Below are positions 40,111 through 51,010 of a stretch of DNA of 64,000 bases, in pieces. Each line of letters opens with the position of its first letter. Positions within the stretch are counted from its first letter, which is position 1. Location of the stretch: NCBI GenBank assembly GCA_963691875.1, contig OY829846.1, forward strand, positions 384,001-448,000, given 5' to 3'. The DNA comes from Aureliella sp. (lineage in GTDB: Bacteria; Planctomycetota; Planctomycetia; Pirellulales; Pirellulaceae). Below the pieces are notes generated by a model. The model saw nothing but the letters and a program-made list of their open reading frames with translations. It did no database searches and was not told the DNA's origin. A program made the translations under genes and the position numbers.

Positions 40111-40985
40111 TTCGGCTCTTCCGATCCGACCTGCTGGTTTACCAAGCGGATCATTGTGATTCCATCACGAAGCGGAATTAGAACTTGTTCGACCCTTGTA
40201 TCGTTCGCGACACAGCGGTTAAACTCCGCAACGGCTCGCCCGTTTTCGGAAGGCGTTTCATCGCAATACGGTTCTCCTTGAAGCAACGTGTTGTCAATGC
40301 AGAGTAACGCGTTGGGGCAGAGCAAATCCAGTTCTATCAGTTGCAGGAAGTAGCCGGTGTACCCTGGTTTATCTGCGTCGATGAAAACAAAATCGAACTG
40401 TTCGCCGCTATCAGCAAGTTTTTGCAATGTTTCAGAAGCGGGGCCGATTTCAACTTGAATCTTCTTGCCGTGCTCAGAGCGCTCAAATTCACGTTGCGCA
40501 AACCGCGCGGTGTAGGGATCGAGTTCGCATGCAACCACACGGCCGTCTGGACCAAGGCCCTGTGCAATAGCCAAAGCCGAATAGCCGGTGAACATTCCAA
40601 TCTCAAGAACTTTGGTTGCTCCCGTGGCCGCTACCAGCATTTTTAGGAATTGACCTTCGACGTGGCCCGAGAGCATTTCCTGCTCAAGCGGTATCTCCGT
40701 CTGCCCAGCTCCGAACTGACCTTCCCAATTTTCAATGGCCGTCTGCTCAGCAAGGTGCGCCAGTTCGGCAGACTCAGGGCTTGTGCACTTCGCCACGTAG
40801 GAGTCGAGGCCTGATGCCAAAGCCGTCGCTTGACGCAGTTCGCTAATCGATTGGCTGTCCATGACTGAACCCGCGTCGAGTGAATCGGCGAGGTTTAGCA
40901 ATTTTTCAGCAAGAATGCCGACAGGTGTTACAGGTCTGGGACCGCAGGAGGATCGGGTTCCATCCTGAAGCGACGTTGGATTCAT
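40107..40985 (-). CDS. mysB: SAM-dependent O-methyltransferase (4-deoxygadusol forming)
   Basis: RPVTPVGIL; LEQEMLSGHVEGQ; LEIGMFTGYS; FIDADK; PLRDG. Confidence 0.95.
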   Translation of the reverse strand: MNPTSLQDGTRSSCGPRPVTPVGILAEKLLNLADSLDAGSVMDSQSISELRQATALASGLDSYVAKCTSPESAELAHLAEQTAIENWEGQFGAGQTEIPLEQEMLSGHVEGQFLKMLVAATGATKVLEIGMFTGYSALAIAQGLGPDGRVVACELDPYTARFAQREFERSEHGKKIQVEIGPASETLQKLADSGEQFDFVFIDADKPGYTGYFLQLIELDLLCPNALLCIDNTLLQGEPYCDETPSENGRAVAEFNRCVANDTRVEQVLIPLRDGITMIRLVNQQVGSEEPK

Positions 40986-41321
40986 ACACGTTTACCCGTT
41001 ACGAATTTGCAGGACGCAGCCGCCCGACGATTGACATGCAACTGTAGGAATCGAACAAGTCAAAATTAACTGAAAATCCCGTCTTAATTCAAAAAAAACC
41101 GAGCAGATCCAAATTGAGCCCGCTGGTCTGCAACCGATCGACTAGCGCTTTGATAAGCAACATCAAGTGCTTGGAACGTATTTAGCGTTTGGATAATTGG
41201 TGCTGATGGACGCATTGCACGCTACTTATTTTTACTGGTGCTCTTGAGACTATACGATCGTCAAGCCAAGAGATCTGAGGGTAACGAGATGGCGAGCAAT
41301 TTGAAAAGCTCCGCTTATTCG

Positions 41322-41942
41322 CCGCCCTGCAGAGAAAGTTAGCTCGAACAAAACTAGGGTTGGAATGCGGAGTTTGCTTCAGAGGTTAGTCAGCGTTAAA
41401 GGCTGTGATCGATGCAGAAGCCTGGTAGGGCGCACGATTGCTGCAGCGAATGAGATGGCTTTTCTATGGCGAAGACTTCACGAGTGGGCTGACGCAATGG
41501 CTGCGACGTTGAGACTATGCTGCTTTTCTCGAGTGGCTTTTTCATAGACCGCCAAGACGCTCTTTGCTTTAGATGTTAGGCAACGGCATTTTATCTGCGT
41601 GACCACGCAACTTGCAAAACCTCTTTGTCGTCATGTGAGTTGGTCGCTCGTTTTTCACCCGCCCGGGAAAAAACGCTTGTACGAGATTAGACGGGGCTTG
41701 AGTTGTCTCGTAGTGTTGTTGCCATCAGTAGAAGTCGTTTGAGTCGCGTCACACACGAGCACTTGAGGATCTAATGTGACGCTCGAACCAGAGAACTTTT
41801 CAACCACTCAAGGTTGGAGAGTGGCACTTCCGCCGCACCCTTGAATGGATGAGTGCCGAAACCCGGAAGTCACCGTTGTCTCAACATTTATCAGAGAGGC
41901 AGCTCCGCGAGGATTTGCGTTGAAAACTTCTGCACAGCGAGC
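41322..41942 (-). mobile_element. Internally deleted derivative D of the IS family
   Basis: Right end CCGCCC...AAAGTTAGCTCGAACAAAACTAGGGTTGGAATG resembles 2106-2151. Transposase C-terminal stub (KERLGGL) at 41516-41582. Left arm 41716-41937 ends in TGCACAG. Confidence 0.82.
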
Positions 41943-41964
41943 TAGGGAGGCTCAATAAAATAGC

Positions 41965-42280
41965 TGGGCAAAACGGCGTAATGACAAGGTCACGGAACAA
42001 ATGTATTGCGCAAAGAACGGTGCATCCTCAGTTCGAGACTGCGCATTCGTAGGGCAAAAGGCTACGTGAGAAATTCGAACCAAGCAACGGGTAAAGAATC
42101 ATCGGATAACTTAGGCTCCTCAGGGCCCTGCAGGCTCGTTTGAGGCTCGGAATCCGCAAGTTTCCTTTCACCAACGGGTTAGTAACTTGCGGCTCTCTGG
42201 ATTGAGTCTCAAGGTTTTCGCACTCAGGTACGCAATCTGCAGGTCAATAATTAGTTTTTGCTTGAAAGGCGTGCAACAGA
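41965..42280. repeat. Non-coding repeat family 2, copy 2
   Basis: Homologous to 1-316. Contains a CCGCAAGTT...AACTTGCGG inverted repeat. Confidence 0.7.
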
Positions 42281-42557
42281 CACAAGCTTGTCGTGGGACA
42301 CGCAAAATTTGGCCCCCCAATCTGCGTTTGCTCGCGTCATTTGGTCGGGTAGGGTTGAAAGACAATGTGTGACAAAGGCCAAGCTGTTTAAATGGTTGCT
42401 GGCACCTGCTGCGGGCCGAGTCAGGCAAGAAATCTGGCCATTAATTCTGTACTCGGATTAGTTTTATCGCATCCAAAGGAGTAGTTTCTGCGAATACCAA
42501 ATTACTGGGTCAGATCCAACAGCCGGTTCTGCTTGTTCACCTATTAGTCGTTATCGT

Positions 42558-43612
42558 TTGGTTGCCTTAAAGAACACTAGCAGCCCATTGCCAGACAAAA
42601 AGACCCGTTGTAATCCCAAGTATTCTTTCTCGTGCGAAGTATTAGCGCTGCAAGCAACGAATTTTAAGCCAACCGGGAGTGCTAGCAATCCGGTCCGGCA
42701 ACTTGCTTGGACTCTTTTGCTCGTGGGACTTCAGGTGACGTCACCGGCTTTGGGTGGGGAAGAGAAAAAGCGTGATTCATCTGAGAAAACGCCCCAGGCC
42801 GATTCGAATCAACTCAATCCGAACATCGAAACAATACTGGTCAAGGCGGGTAGCTTTAACATGGGAAGCCCGTCCGTTGAGTTTGAGCGTCGTAAGAATG
42901 AAGTTCAACATAAAGTGACGCTTACGAGGAATTTTACCTTGGTCGGTACGAGGTGACGAAGGGGCAATGGGCGCTAGTGATGAATCTCGATGGCGTCGAA
43001 AATGGCGAAGAAAAACTCCCCATGGGCGGAGTCTCGTGGTTTGACGCTGTCGAATTCTGCAGGCGGTTGTCAGAACAGGAGAAAGCAGCAGGACGCCTTC
43101 CGGACGGTATGAGCTATCAATTGCCGACTGAAGCCGAGTGGGAATACGGTTGTCGTGCGGGTACGACCACTGCTTATTGGTGGGGTGATGAAGTGGATTC
43201 CAGTAAAGCAAACTTTGGAAACGAATTCACCGCAGACAATGTTCGACCAGTGGGGCAATACCAGGCGAATCCATGGGGGTTTCATGATATGCATGGGAAT
43301 GTCTATGAGTGGTGTAGCGACACTGCTACGCAAGCAGCGGATCCTCAGGATTACAACTTTGAAGCTCCTTATCCCTCGGGAAAGGCGACTGACCCTCAGG
43401 GGCATCAAGGCCCTTCGATCGCTTTTCAGTACACGCCCAAAGGTACTGTCAAAATGACGCTGCCCACCCATCTCAAGATTCTTAGAGGTGGGTGTTATTG
43501 GAGCCCAGCGTCTAACATTCGTTCCGCTTACAGGCACTCACATCCTGCTACGGACAAGCCGGGATTCAAGGGCTTCCGCGTGGCACTGAAGTTTGATCTG
43601 CAAACCGATTGA
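42558..43612 (+). pseudogene. Formylglycine-generating-enzyme-like (SUMF1/FGE-sulfatase domain) protein, frameshifted near 42945
   Basis: GSFNMGSP..E..R...E.QHKVTL in one frame; LPTEAEWEYGCRAG, DMHGNVYEWC and GFRV in the next. Start uncertain. Confidence 0.85.
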
Positions 43613-43790
43613 AATCGGCGAGTGAACTGTCGAGCTAGCTCGATGCCACCTTTTATGTCTTTAATCCCCTAAAAATACAAGCGAAAATATCACTGCAGCT
43701 AATCTTTGAGACAATCTTTCTCGGGGTATATGCGCAACTCCACGTGGTCGACGCTTGGCGTATAAGGCATTCAGCCCAAGAGCCTGATAC

Positions 43791-44263
43791 ACGCTCCGGG
43801 CCCGTTTCGTTTCATGATGTTCTTTTCCGTGTACCGCGTCACCGACTCGATGCCAAGCTTCTTGAGTTCGCCAAGAATCCGGGTGTACCCCCAGCCAGGA
43901 CCCTTGGCGAGTTTTAGGATCAGCTTCTCGATTTCTTCTGCAGTTCGTGGCCGCCCATTCTTGGGCTGTTGCTTTCCCTTCGTGCCCGAGTCTTCTCGAT
44001 TCCAGCGACTGATCGTTGATGGAGGGACGATGGTCGCCAACTAATCCAATGCTGAACCGAGGTTCTTGGCGGATCGGACCAGCCGATTCTTCTCGCGTTG
44101 TGTCAGAGTCAGTCGCTTTGGAAGCCGGCTTTGCAGGATCTGGTTTTCGGCCTTCAAGTGGCTCAATTGGCTTACCAATTCCTTGTACCTGGAATTGGCA
44201 AATACGAGCATCAAATAGGCGTCAATTTTCGGAAGCTATTCATAGAGATTATGATGTGACTGA
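43791..44263 (-). pseudogene. 5' fragment of the same transposase, degenerate
   Basis: Matches 29180-29663 (GRPRTAEEIEKLILKLAK..WGYTRILGEL) with frameshifts; both ends missing. Confidence 0.9.
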
Positions 44264-44280
44264 CGGCGGGGGCGCGATCA

Positions 44281-44575
44281 GCTCAATCACTTCTATATCC
44301 TGCGGGATGCGCTGGAAAGCTGCGAGGCGGGTGAGGTGGCCCGCATCATTACGCCCGATCAATTGGAGGAGCCGGAATCGTTTCTTGAAGACGTATTGGA
44401 GATCTCTCGGCAGTTTGGTTCCAATGCAAAGAAGTTTGCCACTAAGCAACAGATGAATATGTGGTTGGAAAATGAACAACGCTTTCACGAATTGCTGGTC
44501 GAGTCCGCCCAAAAACCTGTCTTGGCTCGAGTTGTTCATGAGCACCGAGCTAACGGCCAAGTGTTCGACGCTTAG
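44281..44575 (+). pseudogene. C-terminal (FCD) fragment of a GntR regulator
   Basis: YILRDALES..A..VARIIT..QL...EQRFHELLVESA. HTH part absent; IS fragment upstream. Confidence 0.6.
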
Positions 44576-44622
44576 CGCGACGACCTTCGGCTGCTCGCGT
44601 CACGACGGAATGTGGCGACGGA

Positions 44623-45933
44623 ATGGTGAACCATCCCGTAATAAATTTACCCTCCCTCAGGAGGATGAAGATGAGTGAGCGATGGTGTGTTTGGATGGGT
44701 GATTCACTGAGTCGATTCTTTGTTGGTAGTCTCAGGTTCTACGCTCGGATTGTTTCCCCCCTTATCGCGTGCTGCGTATTGGATGGTGCAGCTCAGGCAA
44801 CCGAGCCCTTCTTCCAGAAGTCGGTACTTTTTGAGGAGCAGACCGACGGATTCGTGCTCTATCGAATCCCGGGCATTGTGGTGACGGCCAAGGGTACGGT
44901 CCTGGCATACTGTGAAGCCAGGAAATTCAGCGAAGCGGATCGTGGGGAGATCGAAATACACCTGCGTCGAAGCACCGATGGCGGCAAGACGTTTTCACCT
45001 CCGGTGCAACTTGCGCACCTAGGACCTCGCCTATCCAGGAATCCTGTGCTTCCCCCGGGAAAGGAAGCGAAGGACATGGGCGGACCGAATGAACAGACGG
45101 TTAACAACCCAGTCGCCGTCGCCACACGTTCCGGACGGGTGCATCTGATTTACTGTATCGAGTACATGCGATGCTTCTCGATTCACAGTGACGACGATGG
45201 GCAAACGTGGTCGTCCCCAATCGAAATCACGTCAGCTCTTAACTCTTTCCGTGAACACATCGACTGGCAGGTGATCGCGACCGGGCCTGGGCATGGGATC
45301 GAGTTATCGAATGGTCGACTGATTGTTCCGGTTTGGATGTCCGATTACCGATCGCGGGGGAAAATCGGGAAGGCAGCAGCGACCATCTATAGCGACGACG
45401 GCGGTACGACGTGGCGTGCGGGCAATCCAGCGATTCCGACCGGCGGCGAAGCGAACGTTGTGGAACGATCCGATGGCAGTGTGATGCTGACGGCGAGAAA
45501 CGGTGATTCACGTAATCGGCGACTCGTCGCCTTCAGTCCCAACGGCTTCAGCAACTGGTCCGCACCACGGATCGCAGATGAACTCAAAGAGCCGGGATGC
45601 ATGGCGAGCGTGACGAAGTATTCAATTAACCAGGATTCGCCCTACAAACTCTTGTTCTCGAACGCGCAGACAGCGAAACGCAAACACTCGGCAAGGCGCA
45701 ATCTGACGATTCATCTGAGTCGCGACGACGGAATTACTTGGCCGATCCAGCGTACGATTGAACCCGGCCCCAGCGCCTACTCCGATCTCGCTGTTTTGCC
45801 CAACGGAACAATTCTCTGCTTCTATGAATCGGGCGTGGCTAAGCCCAAGATCAAGCGAACAAGAGACTGGGCCTACGCCAACCTCTCGTTGGCTCGCTTC
45901 AATCTCGCTTGGATGAACGGAAAGACGCGATGA
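44623..45933 (+). CDS. Sialidase family (GH33-like, BNR repeats)
   Basis: YRIP; STDGGKTF; SDDDGQTW; SDDGGTTW; SRDDGITW; SAYSDL. Start uncertain. Confidence 0.92.
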   Translation: MVNHPVINLPSLRRMKMSERWCVWMGDSLSRFFVGSLRFYARIVSPLIACCVLDGAAQATEPFFQKSVLFEEQTDGFVLYRIPGIVVTAKGTVLAYCEARKFSEADRGEIEIHLRRSTDGGKTFSPPVQLAHLGPRLSRNPVLPPGKEAKDMGGPNEQTVNNPVAVATRSGRVHLIYCIEYMRCFSIHSDDDGQTWSSPIEITSALNSFREHIDWQVIATGPGHGIELSNGRLIVPVWMSDYRSRGKIGKAAATIYSDDGGTTWRAGNPAIPTGGEANVVERSDGSVMLTARNGDSRNRRLVAFSPNGFSNWSAPRIADELKEPGCMASVTKYSINQDSPYKLLFSNAQTAKRKHSARRNLTIHLSRDDGITWPIQRTIEPGPSAYSDLAVLPNGTILCFYESGVAKPKIKRTRDWAYANLSLARFNLAWMNGKTR

Positions 45934-46037
45934 AGAAGATAATGAATAGTAAGACAGCTTATTCCATTGTGGCTATCTTCATTGCCTTTGTCTTGCGCTA
46001 GGGAGTTCTGACCAAGACGAAAAGGTAAATCACAAAC

Positions 46038-46523
46038 ATGGAGTCTCACGCCATGCAAGATGCGCTCAGAATCTTTGCTTTGTTCGTAGCCCTACTCGCG
46101 CCAACGATGGATACGCTCGCGGACGACACAGAAGACGGTGGCTTGTCCTGGCAACATGTCGAACTGGCGTTCGGCTACCAAGGTCCGCTGATCATCGTTG
46201 CTGGCATCGAAACCATTCTGCGCGACGGCGTTCCGCATTACCTGCTCCCGGCGCACCGCAATAACCGGCATCGCGATCGGCATGGCTACCGACGTCAGTT
46301 CGACCTTGAGAGCATGAGCCTTTTGCGTTGGAACATGGCTGACTACGTCGACTATCCCGAGAGCAACCCTGGCTTCCAGCACGAAGGAAAGATCGCGTCA
46401 TCGGACGAGGGAGAAGGTCTAAAAATCGTCGTGCGAACCGCGAGGATGGATCGCGACCGGCCACTCGATCCGCCTCGGGCGTTTGAAAGTCGAGTGAATG
46501 CCCAATCCCGCACGACGCCTTAA
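46038..46523 (+). pseudogene. Probable deleted remnant of a secreted BNR/sialidase-like gene
   Basis: Signal peptide, TEDGGLSW Asp-box-like motif, patchwork remainder. Confidence 0.4.
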
Positions 46524-46609
46524 AAAACAATGCATAAGTCGAAGTGACTCAGTTATTATTTGGATGATCGATATCGCAAAGTCCAGCAAATGGATAGGAG
46601 ACACCTCTC

Positions 46610-47950
46610 ATGGCACTTTCACGCCGATCGTTTTTACAGAGCACGGCCGCAACAGGCGCAAGTTTATCCTTCGCCGCTCCAAGCATCCTTAGCGCGAAGT
46701 CGGTAAATGAAAAGCTGAATATCGCATCCATTGCGGTCGGCGGGCGAGGCTGGTCCGATGCGAATGGCGCTTCTCAAGGGCACGACCTGGTCGCTTTCTG
46801 TGATGTCATGACCGAGGCGTCGTCCCGTAAGGGCGGCTACGTTGAAGCAGCAAAGCAATGGCCGAAAGCCAGGCGATATCAGGACTGGCGAAAGCTGCTT
46901 GATGAGAGCAAGGACATTGATGCGGTCACCATCTCAACTCCCGATCACATGCACGCTGCTCCGACGCTGGCTGCAATGCGACTGGGCAAACATGTCTTTA
47001 CGCAAAAGCCATTAACGCACACCGTCCATGAATCGCGAAAGCTGATGCTCGAAGCTCGTCGGCTTGGTGTTGCAACACAGATGGGAATTCAAAATCAATC
47101 GACGGTTGGACATCGCACGACGGTCGCTTTGATTCAGGATGGCCTGATCGGAAAGATCAAACAGGCATACGGCTGGAGCCATAAAGGCTGGGCTGGCCCG
47201 GCAGAAGGCCGGCCTTCGCAGACTGACGAAGTACCCAAAGGCTTGAACTGGGATCTCTGGCTGGGCGTGGCTCCCGAGAGACCCTATGCCGATAAGATCT
47301 ACCAACCAATGAACTGGCGAGGCTGGCTCGACTTTGGATCCGGAACGCTGGGCGATATGGGAATTCATATCTTTGAGCCGATGTTCTCGACACTGCGTGT
47401 TGCGGCACCAGTGGCCGTAAGGAGCCTCGGCTTGGCTGCTAACCCAGAGACATGGCAACCAGGTAATACGGTCGAGTACGAGTTCGCGGGAACGAAATAT
47501 ACGTCGGGCGATTTGCTGCGTTATGTGTGGCGCGACGGGATAGCGGGGAAGCCTCCGCTCTCGACTTCCGAGTACCTGCCGTCAGGCCTGAAGTTGCCCA
47601 AGCAGGGGACACTTTTTGTCGGCGAACACGGAGCCATCGTCCATTCACACGGCGGTGGTCCGGCAGTGTTCCCGAATGATCTTCTCGATGGTTACGACAT
47701 GCCTCATATCGAAAAGCGAGGGCATTTCGAAAACTGGCACGAAGCGATCCGAACAAGCGAGCCAGCGTGCGCATCGTTTGACTTCGCTGCTCCGCTTACA
47801 GAAACCGTCCTGCTGGGAAATATCGCCGTGAGATTCCCCAAGGAGCGACTCGAGTGGGATACGCAAACCCTCAGCTTTACAAATAGTCACCAGGCGAACG
47901 CGTTCGTAAAAACGGAATACAGAAAGGGCTGGGAGCTAGAAGGGCTGTAA
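46610..47950 (+). CDS. Gfo/Idh/MocA oxidoreductase (Tat)
   Basis: SRRSFL; STPDHMHA; QKPLT; WDLWLG; WRGWLDFGSGTLGDMG. Confidence 0.94.
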   Translation: MALSRRSFLQSTAATGASLSFAAPSILSAKSVNEKLNIASIAVGGRGWSDANGASQGHDLVAFCDVMTEASSRKGGYVEAAKQWPKARRYQDWRKLLDESKDIDAVTISTPDHMHAAPTLAAMRLGKHVFTQKPLTHTVHESRKLMLEARRLGVATQMGIQNQSTVGHRTTVALIQDGLIGKIKQAYGWSHKGWAGPAEGRPSQTDEVPKGLNWDLWLGVAPERPYADKIYQPMNWRGWLDFGSGTLGDMGIHIFEPMFSTLRVAAPVAVRSLGLAANPETWQPGNTVEYEFAGTKYTSGDLLRYVWRDGIAGKPPLSTSEYLPSGLKLPKQGTLFVGEHGAIVHSHGGGPAVFPNDLLDGYDMPHIEKRGHFENWHEAIRTSEPACASFDFAAPLTETVLLGNIAVRFPKERLEWDTQTLSFTNSHQANAFVKTEYRKGWELEGL

Positions 47951-47984
47951 TTCAACTTCGCCGCGTAAACTGCTTACTTACAAG

Positions 47985-48629
47985 ATGACAAAACTCATGA
48001 AGTCAACACGGATTACCAAATACACGCTTGCATTCTCCATGCTGCTCTTTCCTGCCTCGCTTGGACTAAGTGCGGAGCCGGTCTCTCTATTCAACGGAAA
48101 GGATCTGACCGGATGGACTGGAGCGGATTACGAAGTCAAAGACGGAGTTCTGATTTGTAGTGGCAAGATCCTCAGGACCGAGAAGCAATATTCCAACTAT
48201 GTCTTCGAATTCGACTTTCTTCTCCCCAAAGGTGGAAACAATGGAATCGGGGTTCATTATCCCGGAGAAGGAAGACCTTCCGGAGCTGGCTTGGAACTAC
48301 AGATCCTGGATAACAGTCATCCAAAGTATTCGAAGTTGAAGGAATCTCAATACCACGGTTCTCTCTACAAACTCCTGGCCGCTAGGCGTGGCTTCTTGAA
48401 GCCAACCGGTGAGTGGAACCACCAGAAGGTCACGGTGGATGGCCCGAAGATCATCGTGGAATTAAACGGTACAAAAATTCTTGATGCCGACCTGAATGAA
48501 CTAGCAACTAAGAATCGCAAGCACAAAGGAGTCAAACGACGCAGTGGCTATATCTGCTTCTGCGGACATGGTGCTCCGGTTCAGTTCAGGAATATCACGA
48601 TTCTCGAATTAACTGGTAAGGAACAATGA
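47985..48629 (+). CDS. DUF1080 (3-keto-disaccharide hydrolase family)
   Basis: SLFNGKDLTGW; ELQILD; GSLY; GEWN; GHG..V.FRNI. Confidence 0.93.
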   Translation: MTKLMKSTRITKYTLAFSMLLFPASLGLSAEPVSLFNGKDLTGWTGADYEVKDGVLICSGKILRTEKQYSNYVFEFDFLLPKGGNNGIGVHYPGEGRPSGAGLELQILDNSHPKYSKLKESQYHGSLYKLLAARRGFLKPTGEWNHQKVTVDGPKIIVELNGTKILDADLNELATKNRKHKGVKRRSGYICFCGHGAPVQFRNITILELTGKEQ

Positions 48630-50056
48630 AACTGCTTTTCCAACTCATTGCTCTTTTAATCGTTACTTCCGTTCTCCGGACGCTGGCTGCAGAGGAGCAG
48701 CGAAAGCCGTACAACGTTTTGTTCATCATTTCAGACGACCTCACTGCAACCGCTCTTGGCTGTTACGGCAATCAAGTCTGTAAGACTCCCAACATCGACC
48801 AACTGGCTGCCGAGGGGACTCTTTTCTCCCGCGCGTATTGTCAGGCCACCATTTGCGCGCCATCCCGGGCATCCATCTTGTTCGGTTATTATCCGTTCGC
48901 TACCAAAGCAACGGGTTATACCAGCGGCCGTAAAGAGGTCGGTCCCGACAAAGATAGTTGGCCCCAGCATTTCAGGAAAAACGGCTATCACAGCGCACGT
49001 ATTTCTAAGGTGTTTCACATGGGAGTTCCCACGGATATCGCACCTGGCAAAAATGGTGCAGACGATCCTGATTCCTGGGATGAAGCGTTCAACAGTCCAG
49101 GCCCTGAGTCCGAAGCACCGGGAACCGGCGAGACCCTCCAGAACAATCCCGGTGGCCTGAAGAAAGGGGCAGCCGGCGGTAATCGATTTTCGGTGGTGGA
49201 AGCCGATGGCGATGACTTGGTGCACTCCGATGGAAAAACCGCTCAAAAGGCCGTTGAGCTCATCCACCAATACAAGAACCTGGACAAACCATTTTTTCTA
49301 GCGGTTGGTTTCGTACGACCGCACGTCCCTCTTGTTGCTCCACGGAAGTATTTTGCCCCCTATGCGTTTGAGGAAATGGTTTTGCCGCCGAAGATTCAAG
49401 GCGACTGGGATGACATTCCCAGGACTCCGGGAAACAGAAGAACCTCGGAAAACCTACAGATGGACACTCAGCAGCAAAAGAAATTGATTCGAGGGTACTA
49501 TGCGTCGGTCAGTTTTATGGATGCCTTGACCGGCAACGTGCTTGAAGCTCTGGAGAAAAGCGGTCAACGCGAAAGCACGATCGTCATCTTTACGAGTGAT
49601 CATGGTTACCACCTGGGCGAACACGACTTGTGGTCCAAAGTGAGTATTCACGAGGAATCGGCGTGTGTGCCCCTAATCATCTCTGTGCCGGGCAGACAAC
49701 CGGCGGTGTGCGATTCGCTAGTGGAGCTGCTTGATCTTTTTCCCACCGTTTCCGGGATTTGCGGGCTGAAGATCCCTGAAAACCTTCAAGGCCAGGACAT
49801 TTCTCCCATGCTGAATGATCCGAAGCTCAGAGTTCGAGACGCCACCTTGTGCAGCGGAAAAGGTCGACTTTATCGCAGCAATCGATGGGCACTGCTGGAC
49901 TACGGAAAAACCGGAGAGTTGTACGACATGGAGATGGACCCGAAGCAGTACGTCAATCTCTTCAGCAAACCAGAATACGCGGAGGTTCTCTCCGGACTGA
50001 AACAAAAACTGAAGGTGAAACTGGCGAAAGTCAGCATGAATAATCTGGGGAATTAG
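48626..50056 (+). CDS. Sulfatase (S1)
   Basis: NVLFIISDD; CAPSR; GFVRPHVP; SDHGYHLG. Confidence 0.95.
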   Translation: MKLLFQLIALLIVTSVLRTLAAEEQRKPYNVLFIISDDLTATALGCYGNQVCKTPNIDQLAAEGTLFSRAYCQATICAPSRASILFGYYPFATKATGYTSGRKEVGPDKDSWPQHFRKNGYHSARISKVFHMGVPTDIAPGKNGADDPDSWDEAFNSPGPESEAPGTGETLQNNPGGLKKGAAGGNRFSVVEADGDDLVHSDGKTAQKAVELIHQYKNLDKPFFLAVGFVRPHVPLVAPRKYFAPYAFEEMVLPPKIQGDWDDIPRTPGNRRTSENLQMDTQQQKKLIRGYYASVSFMDALTGNVLEALEKSGQRESTIVIFTSDHGYHLGEHDLWSKVSIHEESACVPLIISVPGRQPAVCDSLVELLDLFPTVSGICGLKIPENLQGQDISPMLNDPKLRVRDATLCSGKGRLYRSNRWALLDYGKTGELYDMEMDPKQYVNLFSKPEYAEVLSGLKQKLKVKLAKVSMNNLGN

Positions 50057-50413
50057 AAACCATGATCCAACTTGACTGGCGCAAATTCCTTCGCGGACTT
50101 GCAGGAGGGCCCTCACCAGTATCGCAGTCTCGCCGAAGTACCTGGTCACGCGAACGTTCTTGCTGACTTGATAAGAACGACACGATCGGTGGGAGCTGGA
50201 AACCACCGATCCGCTACTTGATCCCAAGAAGCTCCGCGGGCTGACAAAGGAAGTTCGCTCAGTGAAAAAGAAGTTCGCCGGCAAAAAGTACTCATGGAAA
50301 TAACCGGACTTCCTGTTTGAGTATTGGAACTCGTGATGAGTGTCAGTCACACGCGGATATGTCTGCCAAGAGGATCGACGACTTTCGCTACACTAATTTG
50401 GTAAGACATACCC

Positions 50414-51010
50414 ATGAGAAAGTACGCACTTCGTCTACGCGCTACGCTGGCTGCGATCGTGCTGCACAGCATTGCAATCTTAGACACTGGGTTCGCTAAA
50501 ATAACGACAGCGCCAGCAGTGAAGTGGACGTCAGTTGATGCGCCGTACTTCCGCTACCGGTTCCTGGAAAAGGTGAAAGCGACGACGCTATTGCACGCAA
50601 CGCGTGTGACGGGAACATCCAGCCTTCACGGGTACCTCGCATACTTTAGAGGAATCCTGTTTGCCTGCTGTGATAGCCGGGCAATTGACGAGAACACTTC
50701 GGGGCAGCACGGTGTCTAACGGTGTTCGACCGAGGATGGAAAGACATGGTGCGATCCGAAGACTCTGTTTCCACCGCTTGCAGACAACGTCGCGTCCTCG
50801 GTCGCAAAAGAATCCCGGCCGTTTCAATAAAGTCTCACGGATCCGAAACGGATTGCTGGCCCGTCAAGTTCGCGACGACAGGACCTTGGGGCCGGTTTTC
50901 TGGCTGTCGGACTCAGCCCCGTCCCGCGAACCCGGTTTTCCCGCTATCCCTGCTGGCGGCAGGAAGATCGTTTGCGAAATCAACGCCGGTTTCAAAGAGC
51001 CGGCAAACTG
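50414..51010 (+). pseudogene. Decayed secreted beta-propeller/sialidase-like gene
   Basis: Signal peptide, HGYLAYFRG...DENTSGQH, then protein-like GPVFWLSD in another frame. Confidence 0.4.

Noticed and set aside
41020..41110. Sigma-70 promoter for the mys operon
   Set aside because: AT-rich with TTGA-like hexamers, but no convincing -35/-10 pair could be singled out by eye.
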